Shown piece by piece: positions 39,407 through 49,960 of a stretch of 60,000 bases of DNA. A program made the position numbers and the translations under genes. Where the stretch lies: assembly GCF_036321535.1 (NCBI RefSeq), contig NC_087436.1:45014001-45074000 (forward strand), given 5' to 3'. Positions within the stretch are counted from its first letter, which is position 1. Every line of letters begins with the position of its first letter. Under the pieces are notes generated by a model. The model saw nothing but the letters and a program-made list of their open reading frames with translations. It did no database searches and was not told the origin of the DNA. This DNA comes from Camelus dromedarius. Its lineage: Eukaryota.

Positions 39407-40039
39407 GGCTTTTCTAATTCTCCTTTTTTTTAGTGCATACTTCCTCAACATCCTCTTGGAGACAAATGGGGAAAAAGAGTTCTTTCCTGCTGCAAAGTGA
39501 TGTCACAGAAATGTAGGAAACTTTTCTTTTTTTGTAGGAAACTTCTTAACCCCTTTTTGCAAATTGAAAATTTTCATTTTATAAATTCACTAATTAATAG
39601 TCACTCTTCTGAATAAAAGCTTACTTATATAAGAGAAGGTATACCTGGCATATAAACAGCCTTTTGATAATACAGGAAAATTTGTTAATATCTCAGCTTA
39701 TCTCTAAAAAGATGTATCCAAAAATAACCACTTTTAAAATATTTTAATAACTGTGACCTTTATAACCATTTTTAAGGAAAGATATAGTGAGAGAGGATAT
39801 AGTTACAGCCAAAATTGTATATGTTTACACGTACAGCAAATTAATAGTTTACTAAATTTTATTTTTAAAGGATTTTTGCTTAACACATGAATTTAAGTTT
39901 ACTGCCTGATCAGCAGGCCAACTGAATGCTAAAGAAAAGCTGGAACTCTGATTCAGAGAGGACACTGGGGCTTTGCTATGTTCAACATCCTCACATAGTA
40001 ATGAAACAACCACATCAACTGAGTCTCGCCTAGCACTTG

Positions 40040-40240
40040 GTGATTTACAAAAAAGGATGTTTACACATGGTGTATGATTGCCACTAACCACCCGAAGGAT
40101 AGATATTATACCCTTTTATAGATTAAAAAACGGAGGCCCCTGGAGAGCAGGTGGCCGCCTCAAGGTTACACAACTAGCAGGTAATAGAAATGGGAATTAA
40201 GTCAGGCCTTCTGATTCTAAATCCCTCACTAGTTCCAGCC
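40040..40240 (-). mobile_element. MIR SINE
   Basis: 'attatacccttttatagattaaaaaacggaggccc...caaggttacacaactagcagg...gtcaggccttctgattctaaatcc'. Confidence 0.75.
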
Positions 40241-40559
40241 CATCTGCTAAAAGCAAAACAAGAAGCCATAAGATACGCTAAGTAAAACATCATTATTTTC
40301 AGTGACATTCAATAGTAATAAATGAATAATAATAAGTGTAATTTATTTATTTATTGAATTAATTATTTACTGGTATTAAATAGATAAATAATCATGAATT
40401 TTTATCTTGATTGAATTTTGAAATAATTTAAAATAAATTAATATTAATAACTTAATGACAGAAATATAAAGGAAATCCATGAGACCTCCCCTCTTTTTTC
40501 TTAGTTCTTGCTGAAAAGTTTATCTTAGTCCAGAAGTTGTTATTCTCTGTCTGAAGTTC

Positions 40560-42210
40560 TTGACCTTGTTAAATTGAATAATTTTCAATTCCAGCCAACC
40601 TGGCCATATACTTCAACACCGTCAACTCTACTGTCACCCGACACCGTTGTGCCTCTTCAGCCTACCACTCTAATAACGCGCTCTAACCAGGATGTTCTAC
40701 CTCCCAGCTCCCTCCTGCCCTTTCTTTGTTCATCCTTCTCTGTTAACTGCCTCAAAGCCCTGAGCCCTCCATCCTTCCTAGTGTCTGCGTTCTGCTTTCT
40801 CTCTCTCCCCTGTCCAGCCTCAATCCTCACTGTTTATGGTTGATCATGTATTTTCTTATCTCCACTCATTGCTCATATCCATAAACTTCTGCTGTGCCTT
40901 CTAGCAGAACACCAAACTCAGAAGAGTGGTATTGTCTGTGCAGAGAAATGAGTGCCTCTGAGGAAACCACACCACTCACTGCATTCATAGCGTCTCACCT
41001 TAGCAAAGCCTGAAACACCAGCTACCAACACTTTTACTTGACTGATCACCCATCTTCATCTCATTTCTTCCACTAAGACTCTGGCATCATACCTTGTCCC
41101 CCAGTCTCCCTGAAAGCTTACTCTATGAGACATCATCACCCTAAAAACAGGATGGATAGATAGATAGATAAAGTAGACAGTTAGGTAGAACTCACTTGAT
41201 TCTCAGTTCCCTTCAGAGTACAGCATACTCTTCCTCCTCTTTGCTACTTAACTCTTAAAAGTAATTCTACTCTTAAAGGTACAGTTTCTATTCCTCATTC
41301 CCGAGTCAATTCTCAACCCAAATTCTCAATTTCTTTCTGCACCTAAACTCTACTCCAGAAACTCTCCAATGACTTCCTTTGTTGCCAAATCAGTTGATAC
41401 TTTTTAATATCATTGCTTAATTGGCATTGTTAATTTTTCCCTGCTTGGAAAACCTGCCTTTCTGTGATTTCTAAGATTTTAGGGAACCTCTTACCTTTCT
41501 CTTTTTTTTTTGTCTTCCTTCTCTGTTCACTACTGAAACATTGGCTTTTCTCAGAGTCCTGTCATCAGCTCGCTGGTGTATTCCTTTTAAATGCTTTCCT
41601 TGATTGACCTCATTCATTCTGGTGGTCTCAACTTACACCAGTGACTCCCAAATATATATTTGTGCTCACGAAGATATGTAAGCATGTGTAAGCATGCATG
41701 CAAATGCACACAGGTGTGTGAATATATGTGTCAGTACACACACACATACACACACATCCATAGATATCCCCAGCCAACCCAGCGTCTTCCCCAAGATTCA
41801 GAATCACATATTTAACTGGCTGCTGGAGATCTCTACTTATTAGCCTATATAAATTTAAACCCAACCCTTTTAAAACTGAATTTATTTTTTCTCCCCAAAT
41901 CAGTGCAATATCCATCAAGGCCTCTACATGAGAAACCCCAAACTCATCCTCGACTCTTTCCACTATATATTTCTAATCAAACATGAAGTCTTTCTAATTT
42001 TATGAAACTTCTTCCCCCACTGCCTTAGTCGAGGAACACATCCTGACTCAGTGGGATTGCTAAGAGTTTCCAGTCCCACATTGTCTCCAAATGGTCCATC
42101 ATTTGAAAGCACCCTGTGCAAAAATACCGACAACTTGGCTGCCTCAATCCTTGGCGGCTCCCATGGCCTTCAAAGAATCAAGGCCTGTGCTCTGCAACTT
42201 GTCTAACCTT
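40560..42210 (+). mobile_element. Long degraded L2 LINE whose 3' tail resumes at about 43668-43795
   Basis: L2 motifs 'ccaatgacttcctttgttgccaaatc', 'gactccccaaatatata' and 'atatttaactggctgctggagatctctactt'. Tail 'gtgagctctctatgagc...aaataaatgaatgagtaaatgaat' follows the DNA transposons. Confidence 0.65.
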
Positions 42211-42232
42211 GTGTCCCAAGATATGTTGAACT

Positions 42233-42575
42233 CAAGTGCAGACGCAGGCAGTGGGGCCTGCGGCACCTATAATTTGGGGAAGGAAACTTCTTTAAGAAAG
42301 AGGAAACAAAACTAGATATGAAAGTAAATATTTATTTCAAATGAAAAAAGAAACCACAGCAAATGTTGAAACCTGAAAATACAGGTCCCTTTCCTGGAGA
42401 TCTCTAGGCAATCAAGCAGAAACGTTCACACAGAAATGATTCCAGACTGCAATCTGGCCTCCCCTTTCCACCTAAAACCTCCACAGCTCCCAGCAACCCC
42501 CCGAGTCTGTCAGGGACTGTCAAGGTGGAAGAACCTAAAGGCCAAGCTTTACCAGTTTTCCGGTAAATTCTGCTG
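42233..42575. mobile_element. hAT-Tip100-type non-autonomous DNA transposon
   Basis: 'gtggggcctg...tataatttgggg...tctttaagaaa...aaagtaaatatttattt' and end 'aagctttaccagttttccggtaaattctgc'. Subfamily not assigned. Confidence 0.55.
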
Positions 42576-42613
42576 GGAGAATCCTCTCCTCAACACAATC
42601 TTAATTCCAAGGG

Positions 42614-43667
42614 CAGCTCTCCCCTAACGTTTGTGGGGTCCAGAGCAAGAATATAAACTGAAGCCCACTTGCTATCCACCCGAATATTCTCAGTATCTAT
42701 CATGAGTTTTTTCCCTGTTTATTTGGGGGGGGTTGGTTTTATTGAAATATAGTCGGTTTACAATGTTGTGTTAATTTCTGGCATACAACATAGTGATTCA
42801 GTGATATATATACATTCCTTTTCATATTCTTTTTCATTATATACTATTACAAGGTATTGAAAGTATCATTCCTTGTGCTATACAGTAGGGCCGTGTTTAT
42901 CTATTTTATATGAAATAGTATAGTTGATATTCAGTGTTGTATTAGTTTCTGGCATACAGCAAATTGATTCAGTTATGCATATACATATGTATTCTTTTTC
43001 ATATTCTTTTTCAACTAGAGCCAGCCTTGTTGTTTATCTGTTTTGTATATTGTAGTTTGAATCTGCTAATCCCGAACTCCTTATTTATCTCTCTCCCATC
43101 CCCCTTTTAGCTACTCAAATATTTAAAAGTTATAAATCAAGCTGACAAACTGTTAAATAAAATAGATTCTGTCCTCCTGCCCTGAGAAATATACCTTCCG
43201 GATGGCTGGGTTCAAAGTTAGAGTTCTTGAACTTCTGGAAGTTCTGAGCCCTGGGAGAACTGCCCCAATCCCTGAGTCACATCGACTTCTCTTCTTAACC
43301 GACTCCCTCCCCAGAGTTCCTTCTGCACTGCAGTAGCTTCACGTGTGCGCGTGTCGACTTCCTGGCCCTGTCATAGTTCCACCTATTACCCCTACAAACT
43401 GCTACCCTGGGACCATCTTTTGGGGCTGGCTATGTGCACATCAGTGCTACAGTTCAGGAGAAGGACTCAGAAAAGGGGAGAGCACAGAGAATCCCAGATC
43501 CAGTGCATGGTCTCAAAGGGAGGCAAACTCTGGTGATTACATTTTCTTAACTCTCCAAACTGTCCACCTCATGGGAAGGGAAAAGCCAAAGGAGAAGCCA
43601 AAGTGAGGCTTTCTACAGCACACAGCCAGTGCAGGAGCTTCCTTGCCTGGGTCTAAGAGAGATACTG
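42614..43667 (-). mobile_element. MER115-like (hAT-Tip100) DNA transposon split by an L1 insertion
   Basis: Right end 'cttgcctgggtctaagagagatactg' resembles the reverse complement of the recalled MER115 start. Internal 'aaatatttaaaagttataaatcaagctgacaaactgttaaataaaata'. About 680 bp remain after removing the L1. Confidence 0.6.
42737..43110 (-). mobile_element. Two head-to-tail older cetartiodactyl-type L1 3' ends
   Basis: The segment 'tatagt..tt.a.tgttgt.tta.tttctggcataca.ca..tgattcagt.at...tcatattctttt' occurs twice, at about 42748-42835 and 42918-43010. Confidence 0.8.
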
Positions 43668-43914
43668 TTTGTATGAATGATACAGATGTCTTCCCATTGG
43701 ACTGTGAGCTCTCTATGAGCAAAGACTGCTTTTTAATCCATGGTTACCAGCAAATCATAAATGCTTAAAAATAAATGAATGAGTAAATGAATAGATAAAG
43801 GAAGAAAGAAGAAAAGCATAAACCTGGGGCTGGAAAGCCTATAAAATTATCCCCACCAGGCTCCCTCCTTATCTCTAGATTCTGTTCACAGAGAAGCCTC
43901 TTCCATCAGAAGGG

Positions 43915-44062
43915 AAAGCTTCTTTAAGTGCAGTTCCCTGGGGTGTCAATTAAAAATGTAGTGGCTTAAGACATCGAGGTGATATCCGGCAATAAGCCTT
44001 TGTACAAGTTCACCAGTGATTCTGACGTACCTTGACCAGGGGTTTAAAAGTACAAATACTGG
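43915..44062. mobile_element. MER5A-like MITE remnant
   Basis: 'aaagtgcagttccctggg'-like start and 'acaagttcaccagtgattctgacgtacc...ggtttaaaag'. Confidence 0.4.
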
Positions 44063-44629
44063 TTGAGGTAACACCAAAAACCACCTTCAAAATGCAGTGT
44101 GATTGTCTCTCAGTCAATAAATACTGTCGCCTGGTAGCAGATTCTTCCCTGATTCAGTAGGGAGAGAGCCAGCCTGCCCAATGTAGAGTTGGAAGGGACA
44201 CTGGGAGGAGAGGATGAAAAAGTAGGAACAGGAGATAATAAAACTGTACTCCTTCTAGGGAAATGAATGCACAGCACCTAACATATTAACTGGTACCAAG
44301 TAACTGCTCAATATGTGGTAGATTGAAAGGAAAATAACTTCACAGTTGGCCCCGTTTCTCTTCAGCTGGACAAAGGCAAATAGAAACCAAGCAGTGAGGT
44401 ATTTTTGTCATACACAGCTGCAATTTCTGCTATCACTCGTCAAAAAAATTCCAGTAGGGTTTTTAAAAATATGTTATTGTCACGAAAGCATTTTGTTCCC
44501 AGAGAATTCACTAATCAGAGTATCACTGAAAAGACCTAACTCCCAAACAATTTGTAAATAGAATGTGTTTTGTACGAAGTCTAGGATGTTTCCTGCATTG
44601 AGCTTACAGAGAAAGGCGTTGCCACACTG

Positions 44630-44862
44630 TGTGATGCAGTAGAAAGGAAAGGGATATTGGAATCCAAATCCTGGCTTTGAATAGTATATTGGAACCTTGA
44701 AAAAGTTGCTTAACTTATCTTTGCTTTAATTTTCTCAACTCTAAAATGTCGTTAATAATACAATTATCTATTTCACAAGGCTATTCTTTGAGGTTTAAAT
44801 ATAGTGGTTTATGTAAAGCACCTTAACAGTGCCTCACACTAAAGGTGTTTGATAAACATAAG
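44630..44862 (+). mobile_element. MIR SINE
   Basis: 'aaccttgaaaaagttgcttaacttatc...ttttctcaactctaaaatg...tatgtaaagcaccttaacagtgcctcacactaaaggtgtttgataaac'. Confidence 0.75.
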
Positions 44863-45594
44863 CCCCTTCTCTTTATTTATCTGAAATACAATAGTCATAT
44901 CCCCATAGCACATCACACAAGAAGAAGGTACACTGAAATTAATCCCTGCCAGCTTGACTTTCTAGCCAACAATTCAACTAGGTTTTTCTGGACTGGTATA
45001 AATGTTTCTCACACAAGGTCTACCTGTTTAACTGTGATGTATTTCTTATTAAGTCCTACTTTGATAGTCCATGAAACCTGGAGTTTCTCACATAAAATGG
45101 AGTACACTTACCAGTGGCTTGTATGTCAGACTGCTTCAATTAATGGACATAAATTATCACATTTAATTGTACTCACCAAAAGCAATAAAGGAATGGGTGT
45201 TTGACTTGAACTTAGTTTGGGTTCAGATTTGACTCGCTTTACTTCACTAACTTTCTTATTGTTCACTATGCTCCTATTAGACATAGAATGAATCTGTCTT
45301 TTGGATTTAGATTTTGCATGAAGGATATTAAGTCCAGGACTTTAAACAACCATCTAGTAAGTAAATTGTCCTATGTTCTTTTAAAAGAATTCTCAAACCC
45401 AAAATTAAAATGTCAGACATGGGAAACTTTATACAACTGTATTTTCAAAAATTGCTTGAAAATTTATGGCAGTTGTCCTCACAGAGAAAAATAATTTTAT
45501 AATGCGGGTGTCATCACTGAAGATGGTGGCATCAATGGCCTTGACGAATTTAGCCTCCGAGCTCTTGATTGACTTTTTACATGCTTATTCATAC

Positions 45595-45692
45595 CCGTAT
45601 TAACCTTCCATATAATAGTTTGTCATTTTCTTCAGACTCTAGATCTAGAAATGCTTTCTTTTTTCCTGCGTGTGCATAAAATGCATCGAAAC
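45595..45692 (-). CDS. Candidate 98-nt internal coding exon ((G)FDAFYAHAGKKKAFLDLESEENDKLLYGRLIR, phase 1 to 0)
   Basis: Acceptor ctttctttttcaccaagttccag| and donor CGG|GTATGA. Only one frame is open, and its phase matches the upstream candidate at 47841. Confidence 0.45.
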
Positions 45693-46348
45693 CTGGAACT
45701 TGGTGAAAAAGAAAGTAAGCTAGAAATCCAGAGGAATAGGCTAACTTGGATTTACCATGAAGCCCGAGGGAATAGCTTAGCCCTGACAATATTCTTTAAG
45801 ATATGATTAAAGTTGCAATCATTGACATTTATATAACAATATTTTGCATTTCATAACATTTTAATAATTAATACATCTAAATGAAGCAATAAAAACCGAG
45901 TTGAGTAAAACAATGGGAATTGTTTTTCAGGAAGCACTAATGCTAACAGATACTAATAACAGTCTTTCTTAACTGGACACACGGGCTTTGATTCATGCCT
46001 CATACAGTTGGCCTTGTGCTCTGTTTCTTAAGAGTCCTGGATGGTTACATCTTTAGTTCAATTGGAAAAGTCCATTCTGTAGGTTTTCACCCCCAGAGTG
46101 GTCAGGTTGTGATGTTATTTCTTAGAAAAGTGTCAAATTGTTGGAAACCATTAAGTTGAATGATGCTTAAGTAACTTCAAATCATTTAGACAATCAGTTC
46201 TATGTAATTGTCAGACACTGTCACTTCTCTTTTTAAAGGCGTCCTTTGTGGACAAAAACAAGAGGAGAAATATTTTCTACTATAATCTCCTCAAAATTTA
46301 AAGAATCAGTGCAGCTGGAAATGTCTCATAACTCTTCTCCACTTTTTA

Positions 46349-46470
46349 AAAAAAAATTTTTTTGAGGGGATAATTAGGTTTATTTATTTTTAGAGGAGTT
46401 TCTGGGGATTGAACTCACAACCTCATGCGTGCTAAGCGTGTATCCTACCACTTAAGCTATACCATCCCCC
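46349..46470 (-). mobile_element. Camelid tRNA-Ala-derived SINE (vic-1 type)
   Basis: Minus strand reads ggggatggtatagcttaagtggtagga...cttagcacgcatgaggttgtgagttcaatccccagaactcctctaaaaataaataaacctaattatcccc, with A and B boxes. 15-bp TSD cttctccacttttta (46334-46348) / cttctccagttttta (46471-46485). Confidence 0.9.
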
Positions 46471-46629
46471 CTTCTCCAGTTTTTATACCATAAATGTGTC
46501 AACAGCAAAGCCTGAGGGGGCTCCTTTGGCATCCATAACTCTGTCTGCTGTGCTTTTCCAATTAAAAGTTAATTTTTCCTTTATTTTTGTTGTTATTAAA
46601 GGTATCCAAAAAAAACCAGTACCTATAAG

Positions 46630-46880
46630 CAACACGGAGTGTAGTATTTCTGTGAAATGAATCAGGAAATCTTGACTCCCGAGTTCCAGGAAATGCTGGG
46701 TTAAATTACCCTGGTCCATTAGTAACCATGCTGTGTAGTAAAAACAGAAATTGCTCTCAAGTCCCTTTACCCCACTTACTGTTATGTGACCTTTACTGCA
46801 GGACTTCTTTGCCTCACACTTGCATTGCTTCATCCATAAAATGAGACTACAATGCAATGTAGTTAAAACTCTAACATCCA
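46630..46880 (+). mobile_element. MIR fragments
   Basis: 'ccacttactgttatgtgacctt...tgcttcatccataaaatgag...aactctaacatccaatgatt'. Confidence 0.55.
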
Positions 46881-47840
46881 ATGATTTATTCTTTCTGGAA
46901 AAGAAAATAATAAATTAATATCTGAGTTGTACTAGCTATACTGGTTTGTCTTCCTTTGCTTGAAACCCAAGTATACAACACATAGCTTCTGGTTTCAAAT
47001 TTTAACAAGAGGTATATAGTTCTTTTACTGTCAGCCATTCAACTTAAACTTGTAAACTAATCTAGCATTTCTCTGAACAGGTGAGAAACCAAAATGATAC
47101 TCAAGTGATGTAGCAATTAACTATTCCCATCTTGATGGTGGTACTAGGCTTGTGGGACAAAAACATAAAATAATTTTTGCAGCACATAAAAACAATTTAG
47201 AAAGGATAAAATCACATTCAAAGAATTCTTAAGTGTTTTATTTTACCGAATGTGTATTATTGATATACAGTTCTAAATTATATACAGTACAGGCTTTTTT
47301 AATGACTGCATCTTTCAAGTATTGGATTATAATTTACTTACAAAATTTAAGCTTAATTCTTTCATTTTTCTGCTAACACGTACTGTCAGAGGCAGGTAGT
47401 TTTGAGTAGCAAATACATTATGACAGAGGTTCAAGAAAAATGGTACCTTTGCCTGTACACAACTCTTTAAACCAAACCACAAGTTGCATGAATTGAACTG
47501 AGTAAGAATTGAGTGTTTTCTTCCCCATTTAATATAAATTGTCCTTAAATATAGGCATTCAAAGAATAACCAACTCAAAAACAAGCCGAATTTCCATGAT
47601 GAAATGAGAGCATTGTGACATGAAGCTATAGTTATAGGACATTAACTTTTATGCTATCCTGTGCTTCAATATAATACTGTCTTAATTACATAGATGAAAA
47701 CAAATAGACTTCATATGCTGTGTTTTGTTTAGAATAGTATTTCTTAAAGTTCTAAGATAAAATGTCAAGGCTATTGTTTCTATTTTGTTCCCATCCATTT
47801 ATGGCTTTTTTCTTTTAAGATTGGGTAATGTGAACCTCAC

Positions 47841-47853
47841 CATAGCCTTTCAT
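47841..47853 (-). CDS. Candidate first-exon coding end ATG AAA GGC TAT G| (MKGY, phase 1)
   Basis: Donor ATG|GTGAGG. Splicing to 45692 gives the in-frame peptide MKGYGFDAFYAHAGKKKAFLDLESEENDKLLYGRLIR. Confidence 0.35.
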
Positions 47854-49229
47854 TTAAAGTTTTGAAAAACTCTGGATTCTTTCTTTATCAGCAAATAAAG
47901 ATAAGAGTAGCATTCTAAAAATGCCCGTTTTGCTTCTCGTCTTGAAAGGTGATCATGTGCTTTCCAAAGCAAATTTTCTTTTCTAAGTCCGAAGACTCAG
48001 TAATATCACTGTAATAATCTTCTCATCTTGAATAGCACGATTCTTCGAAAATATTAATTATTGAACCATTCATGATATCATTTTGAAATTATGTTATACC
48101 ACTTGTAACACTTTAGCAAATTCAAAATGTTGTACAAAGAGAAATCAATATTATTAGAGGGCTATTGACCAAGAAAGGTTTTTCAGAAACTCCACTATTC
48201 TAAGCATAAGTGAGCACAACAGTCTTGAACACTAATTAGGTACTGAAAACAGCAAGCTTTACTTGGGTGGAGAAACATGTCATTAGTCATAGGTCCTATG
48301 AGTGGAAAATTTTAAGATACTTGAATCATGATATTTAAAAATAAATGCAGCTATCTATAATAAGTCCTTCATTTTAATCAGGTTTTTTGGTACACTTAAT
48401 TGGTGCATTCTTGTAGCAAATAACTATGTAATGGAAAGAGATGATTAAAAATGAGTAACATGCTTATTTTCAAACCCAACCATTTCTATTGATGTAACGG
48501 GAATAACAAATCTTAAATCATAAGCATCGTTTTCGTAAATAATACGAGGTTTTTGACTTTTCATTTATGCTTCAGAACCCTAACCACATTGTCTCACTTA
48601 TTTGTAATCCATCAACCCAGGTGACAAATAGTCTTCTATATTTACCCACTCAGAATACACAAGAAGCATACTGTATTAGCAGCTGAAACTACAAACGCTA
48701 CTGTCAATCAAACAGTCTGGCAGGGTACCATATTTCTTGTCACCAAGAGGCTTAAAGCAAAGAATCTGTGCCTAATTCTTTTAAACCTTATAGGTCAAAA
48801 GGTTTTAAAATTATTTTTGACACCATTTCTTTACTTTGTCAACAGGCCTGAGTACTTTTTAGCTTGTAAATGATATCAAAAACGACTCATTCTAACGTCG
48901 CAAATTTATGGGTTTTAAGACATCACTTTTCACAGTAACATAATTCTGCGGGCAGATTTGATGATCGCTATGCCTCAGAAAGATGTTGCTATGATTTTGA
49001 AAATTGTGTCCTAAAAGCTTGGCCGCATGGTACCCCGGAACTGGGACAACTGGCCAGTGGGCCCTCAGATGTGTTTTTGGCTCTGGTAGAGGCTACGGCC
49101 CTGGGTGAGTAGTCCTTAGTTAACTCCGCAGTTAAGCAAATTGCAGCTTCTAGAGGTATTGTCAATTCCTTATGGCCTGTACTGAACCACAGGGAAACAT
49201 TTTAGCAGTTCTTTTGAATTAACTCCTCT

Positions 49230-49960
49230 AAGCCCAGATCACAAGAGTTCATGCACCTTCTGATTGAAAAATTAGAATCACCCTCTCCTTGTACAGGAGC
49301 GTTTGAATACACGTCTTTCTCCCTTGAGCTTTTGCTCCTCCCTTACTTGTTTGGTATTCAACCCACTTCAGTGCACCTTCTGGTCTTTTCTGAAGCTATT
49401 CCCATCTTTGTCCACATCTCAAATACATCCTCCTTTCAACCCTGTGAACTGAACTGTACCCGTGAACTTTCTCCCATCTGCTACACTTCTCGTGTGTTTG
49501 ATTCCTGACCCTCTGCTGAGGTTGATTTTTTTTTTTTTTTTTTTTTTGGCTCAACAGTCTCTTTTGCTCAGAGTGGCTAGAAAAAACTCTTATCATTCTG
49601 GTAGCCCACCACTCCAGGGAAGCAAATCTATTCCTTGCCTCCTTTGTCTAATCTTCTCACTTAATATCAATAAGCCATCTGCATGACTACGTACCTTACA
49701 CTTGATACATCCTCTCTCTGCAAACTTAGTGGTTCCACTCCCTTCTTAAAAGTCTCTCTCCAAGAAGCTTTTCTTGACCTACTGAAAGGCAATGACAAGC
49801 TCCTCCTGGCCCCACCCTGTCTAAATGTGAAATATTTGTCATGGCCTCTCAGTTACCACCAGAGAGTGATATACAGAGCTAGTATGTGGGGTTTTCTTTC
49901 TTGCTTTTCTTGTTCTGTCTCTGTATGTCCTTACACTGTAGAGTGTACATTCTTCATGTC
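49230..49960 (+). mobile_element. Highly degraded L2
   Basis: Pyrimidine-rich L2-like text, e.g. 'ctctctccaagaagcttttcttgacctac' and 'tgtccttacactgtagag'. Confidence 0.4.

Noticed and set aside
46390..46470. tRNA-Ala-like sequence
   Set aside because: It has a SINE tail, a TSD and disrupted stems, so it is a SINE rather than a tRNA gene.
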